A DNA stretch of 9,381 nucleotides, taken from NCBI GenBank assembly GCA_965644295.1, contig CBFFRP010000245.1, forward strand, positions 1 through 9,381, in the 5' to 3' direction. Both the position numbers and the translations under genes were made by a program. Position 1 is the first letter of the stretch, and the number at the start of each line of letters is the position of its first letter. This DNA is from Paraphysomonas bandaiensis (lineage: Eukaryota > Protista > Chrysophyceae). The notes under the pieces were generated by a model, which saw only the letters and a program-made list of their open reading frames with translations, searched no databases and was not told where the DNA came from. Positions 7,626-9,381 of the stretch are shown one piece after another.

Positions 7626-7634
7626 CTCCCCCTC
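7626..7634 (-). other. Polypurine tract of the copia element
   Basis: Minus strand (TT)GAGGGGGAG, a typical copia PPT, downstream of RNase H and directly before TATTGGGA. Confidence 0.85.
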
Positions 7635-7795
7635 AATGAAATAATCATATGACGTATATATAGATATATGAATATAGGTGTATATATTTGGAGATAGTTC
7701 TACTGAGGGTAAAACCCACGAGTGCAATCACAGATTGTGGATTACATTGATGTCAACATACAGCATACTCGTGGGAAACTCCGTAGATCTCTAAG

Positions 7796-9381
7796 TCATC
7801 CATCGTGGTCTCTTGGTTGAGTTCTCTGCCGGCGGGATAGATACTTTTGTTCTTTTATTGCTAGCAGGTATGTTGATGCCTCCCCCCCCATTAGTGAATC
7901 CCGCAATCTGTGGAACGTGTTTGATGTGAGAGGTTTAGTTAGAATGTCAGCCAGCATCTCGTTTGTAGGCATGTAATCAACAATAATAGAGTGCGATGCG
8001 ACTTGTTCTCTTATGAAGTGATATCTGATGGCAATATGTTTTGTTCGTCGGTGGTGTACGGGGTTTAGGCATATTTGGATTGCACCTTTGTTGTCACACC
8101 ATATGGTTGTTGAGTATGGCATGTGGAAGCCCAATTCCGAGAGTAGTGACCGTAGCCAAATAGCTTCTTGACATGCTGTTGATAGTGCCATGTACTCCGC
8201 TTCTGTAGAGGATAGAGCTACAGTGCTCTGGAGTCGTGATTGCCAGGAAATGAGACAATTTCTAATAAAGAAGCAAAACGCTGAGGTCGACCTGCGAGTT
8301 AAGTTGCAGCGTGCCCAATCACTGTCAGCGAATCCAGTTAAGGTAACAGACTTCCCGGAGTACTGTAGACCTTGATCGATGGTGCCTTTGAGGTACCTAA
8401 GTATGTTTAATGCGGCTTTGCATGTAGTTAGATTTGGATTAGTACTGAAACGAGCAAGGGTGTTTACAGCATATGCAATATCAGGTCTAGTGCACACAGC
8501 AATATACATAAGTGAACCTATGAGCTCCTTGTAAGGAAAATTTTGGACAAATTCTTGATTTTCTTGGGATAGTTGTTTCTTTTCGAGAATGTCTATATAA
8601 AAATTTGTTGTCATGGGGTGACTACGTGGCTTGCAATCTTCCATGTTGAATCTGTGGAGTAGGTTCCGTATGTATTGAGATTGAGATCCTGTTTGACGAA
8701 TATGCCGAGGTAGTAATCTAGGAGGCCGAGATCATGAATGTCGAATTTTTGAGCTAACGAATTCTTGATTTGGATGATGTCAGTCCTTCTTTTAGCATAT
8801 ACTGTTTGAGTCCGTATATGCTCTTTAGAAGTCTGAGGACCTTCCCGTTTGAAACATTGAGACCAGCGGGTGGATACATGTAAATTTCCTCTTGGAGGTC
8901 TGCATTGATGTAAGCAGTGGAGAAATCTACCTGGTGAAGCTCCAACCCAAGTATAGTTGCTAGTGCTATGACTGTTCTCATTGATGTGGCCTTTGCGACT
9001 GGGCTGTAGGTTTCGTTGTAGTCTTTGCCCTCGACCTGGGAGAACCCTTGAGCCACTAACCTCGCCTTGAAAGTAACCTCATCTCGCTTGAGCTTTACCC
9101 TAAACACGAATTTTCCCCTTATGATGTTGGAATTTGCTGGTGGTGTCGTTATCCTCCAGTAGCCTTTGCTCTCTAGAGACTTGATTTCTTTGTTGATGGC
9201 TCTCAGCCATTGTTCCTTGTACATGCCTGATAGTGCCTCACCAACATTGTTAGGTGTGTTAGGTACATCATTGCTACATATGTCATTTGCATGCATAATG
9301 ATGTCAACATCATTCATGTATAATGTTCTGTAACTATCATGTTTATCAGCAGGTGTTTTGTGGTTGTACAGATATCGTTTA
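7796..9381 (-). pseudogene. pol: Copia pol: reverse transcriptase (RVT_2-type) and RNase H, broken by three deletions
   Basis: RT motifs: FKARLVAQGFSQVEGKDYNETYSPV, QVDFSTAYINADLQEEIYM, LLKSIYGLKQ, FDIHDLGLLDYYLGI (shifted frame, ~8700-8770), YKELIGSLMYIAVCTRPDIAYAV. RNase H motifs: GFADSDWA, STEAEYMA, IWCDNKGA, TKHIAIRYHFIRE, ADILTK. Frame is open from 9317 to the window edge. YxDD is absent. Confidence 0.97.

Larger units (their letters stand above)
7393..9381 (-). mobile_element. Ty1/copia LTR retrotransposon, 3' portion (runs off the window end), defective
   Basis: RT then RNase H, ~160-bp spacer, polypurine tract and candidate 3' LTR in the expected copia order. Confidence 0.95.

Noticed and set aside
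7390-8375. ORFs 7390-7623 (-) and 8190-8375 (+)
   Set aside because: The first is a chance frame across the LTR; the second is antisense to RNase H.

Overview
Eukaryotic, AT-rich, transposon-rich DNA with short (46-60 nt) GT-AG introns; a stramenopile-like protist is plausible but is inference only. Left to right: (1) an intact four-exon histone H2A gene on the minus strand (1101->459, 160 aa) with an unusual ~35-aa N-terminal extension and a C-terminus ending in SQ; (2) ~2 kb of mostly uninterpretable non-coding or decayed DNA; (3) a ~2.2-kb candidate mobile element (about 3683-5883) bounded by GC-rich inverted, hairpin-forming ends built on CCCGCACC. It appears to split an older minus-strand gene relic and carries a spliced ORF resembling a Crypton-type tyrosine recombinase lacking its catalytic core, followed by a composite core-A-core-A-core-B-core-B-core repeat array; (4) a frameshifted coding relic (~6300-6870); (5) the 3' part of a Ty1/copia LTR retrotransposon on the minus strand (RT-RNase H, polypurine tract, probable 3' LTR), inactivated by three internal deletions, one of which removes the YxDD motif. 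The histone and copia calls are solid. The recombinase-family assignment and element boundaries come from pattern recognition and need database confirmation.
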